The notes beneath the pieces are model-generated. The model worked only from the letters and a program-made list of their open reading frames with translations, did no database searches and was not told where the DNA came from. The translations under genes and the position numbers were made by a program. Shown piece by piece: positions 61,348 through 64,000 of a stretch of DNA of 64,000 nucleotides; the first letter of the stretch is position 1, and each line of letters opens with the position of its first letter. Location: the NCBI GenBank assembly GCA_046563655.1, contig CM102289.1, positions 1,984,001-2,048,000 of the forward strand. The letters are read 5' to 3'. The DNA is from Yuukianura sp. NJ FZ-2021 (Eukaryota).

Positions 61348-62154
61348 ACAATGAGGGAGGAATAAAAATAACTGGGAAAAATTTAAGTTTTAGGAAGAAT
61401 TGCAAAATATTGTTTTTCCTTAATTGATTCGGAACATTTCATTGTTTTTTGTGGGACAAATTGGGTTTAAGAACGACTGTATCTGAAATAAAACAAATTC
61501 TTGATCTGCAGTGAAAATTTTGTTTTTTAAAAAAATTACACCATGTGATGACTGCAAAAATGTTGTTAATTTCTCAACTCCATGATGAATTTTACCTGAG
61601 GTAGTTTCGAAATTTTGAACCAACAACATGAACCAAATTTTGAATTTTGAACATTGAATTTGATGACATTCAATTTAACTAACTCATGTAAAATGGACTG
61701 TGGTTTTTCTTTAAGTTGGCTACAGAATGGCGGAAGCAATTAATAATCGTACCCACCGCACAAACATTATGCGGTAGATTTCGAAATGAAAAAAACAACT
61801 AAATAGGAAACGAGCCAATCTGTTAGCATGACTGGGCCATACACCCAAGTAGTATCTGTGTTCAATTATCGCGGTATTTGGTATGCCGAACCAATTTAGA
61901 AAACTTCCTGAAATTGAACATTTCAGTTGGAAATATAGAAATGTGGCTTTCCTTTAATTTGACAATTCCAATCATCGAGTGATTTAAAACACCATAAAAA
62001 GCATAGCTACAGGTCCTAATTAAGTCTCTTTACCGGGTAGGTCTGTTACAATACTTTAACAATTGTTAAATTTTAAATCGTTAAACTTACATCATACATA
62101 ATATAGTCAATTGTATATTGTTTTATCTTGTACAGCACATGACACACATTTAAC

Positions 62155-64000
62155 ATGGAAAACCTTTTCGTGTTGGTTTCTCTTGGGTTGGCCTGTTGGG
62201 TAGCAGCGACTGAGGGGCTACGTTTCGAAAATGCTGTAAGCATTTCGACAGTATTTTTTGAATTATCTTTACAACTTTATTACTATTATTTACAATATTC
62301 TATATTACTTTTAATATATTATATTACTTTTGTGTTGTAGTACATTCAAAACGTGGAGAGTGGTCGATGCGTTACAATTGAGAAAGACGCCGCACTAAAT
62401 CCACTTTACACAACGAAGTGTAACTGTGGTCCATATCAATTTTGGAAAACGGATGATGAAGTAAGAACTTTTACAAAAAAAAAATCCATGATAACGTGTA
62501 TTAGTAACAGCATTTCACATTTCAAAAGGCGAGAAATTTAGGTGGAAAATTCCTTAGCAGGTCATATTCGACAATCCAATAACCGACAATCAAGACTGTT
62601 TTTTTTTTCGAAAAGTCCGACTATACGTTATTAGTATATTTTTTTGCCAGTTTGTAATAAACGAGTTGGCTTCGCACGGATACATGGACGAACTTTACGG
62701 AAAACCAAAGAACGGAGAAACTGTTGGAATCTATGGCAAGACTGGATCGGCATGGCAGAAATGGAGAATCCATGAACTCGATGTAAGTTTTTATTTGTCA
62801 AGTACTAAATATTGCAGTATTGCAATATAATATTATTTACAACTTTTATATTAAAATTGGCCAATGAGCACAAATATTCCGTGTAAATATAGGTATATTT
62901 TATTTACAGGATGGCACTTACAATTTCATTGTGAAGCATACTGGCAAGTGTTTGCATCAAAGCTCAAGTGGAAAAGTTGATCAATGGGATTGTAACGAGA
63001 AAGACGCATCACAGCAATGGAAGGTCATTGAAAACCCGTGCGGAACTCGTAAGTAGGGCAAAAACTCAGCTAGACATTGCTCAACTATAGCATAACATTT
63101 ACATCATATATAATATGACAATAATAGAATATATAATGAAAAAATATGCTATTGTTCATTGTAGTTCCCAGGACGCCTGACCGGTTCCAGCTTGAGAATC
63201 CAAGTAGTGGAATGTGTGCAGTTGTCATGGGTAACAGCAACCATCACTTTGCCAAAATCTCATTAGAAAAATGTAGGTGTGAGAATAACTACCACTTCTG
63301 GAGGTACAACAAAATGGTATACCCCACTCCTGAGCACCAAAATTTATATTTATATCTTAATATATTAATATTTGCAAATGATACAATATTCAATGCGACG
63401 ATCATATCATTATTGTCTGTTTCAGACACTGGTATCAGAAGGCAGGACCAAGCAGTGTATGGCCAACTGGGAGCCCGGTCATCCTGGAGTAACGCAGTGC
63501 AGTTGCACTTTTGGCCCAGTTCATCGATATAGACTTGCTCCAATTGACAATGTAAGTACAATGTGCAACTTGTACTCACACATTTTGAATTGTTAAAATT
63601 CTCTTGTCTAAATCTTGCTTTTTAAGCAAATTTTACAAAAACGAACATTTTTGGTTACCAGGATGGAAATTTCAACATACAAACACAAGTAAACGGAAAA
63701 TGCATTTATACCAACGGCGGATCTGAATCAACGACTTTGCAATTCAGAGAATGTGATAAAGATGATGAACAACAAAAGTGGAGATTCTTCGACGCTTGTC
63801 ACCCCGGTAAACGAAAAAATCGGTTTATAGGAAAAAATAGATTTTGAAAGATTCTTTTTTTTTTTTTGAAAATTCTGGAAAATTTTTCGCTCCGTATACG
63901 ATGACATTTAAACTTCCTTACGCCTGAAATATTTTGTAGAACCAAAGCCAACTCCAAAACCCACCCCGCCACCAGTCACTGAGCCTCCTACTGCTGCACC
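62155..64000 (+). CDS. Second ricin-B lectin/Pro-rich paralogue, truncated by the window end
   Basis: Exon-by-exon paralogue of the gene at 58014 (MENLFVLVSLGLACWVAATEG, QNVESGRC, QFW, QKW, QQW); reaches the PKPTPKPTPPP linker at the window edge. Confidence 0.85.

Overview
AT-rich, intron-containing animal DNA, most likely a hexapod and probably a springtail (Collembola). The taxon is inferred from gene content, not proven. Contents from left to right: a tandem array of five gustatory-receptor (GR) genes with an intronless divergent ionotropic receptor inside it; a secreted plant-type L-gulonolactone-oxidase-like (GULLO) gene; a lipocalin-like gene; an intronless divergent 7TM chemoreceptor; RagA/B and PUS3 tail-to-tail; a PVR/VEGFR-like receptor tyrosine kinase (RTK); an F-box pseudogene; a spliced gene with two LOTUS/OST-HTH-like repeats that the ORF track largely misses; a second RTK copy lacking its ectodomain; an ~8.7-kb block (exonuclease-like remnant, two hAT elements, ZAD-C2H2 zinc-finger gene) absent from the paralogous region; a second GULLO gene; three tandem divergent 7TM chemoreceptors; and two tandem secreted ricin-B lectin genes, the complete one carrying an unrecognised Trp-rich triple repeat. 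Several MITEs and a tRNA-derived element are also present. Best leads: the tandem-LOTUS gene, a GA-AG intron conserved in both RTK copies, the plant-like secreted GULLO genes, the lectin/Trp-repeat protein and the truncated RTK. All gene models were spliced by eye and no database searches were run.
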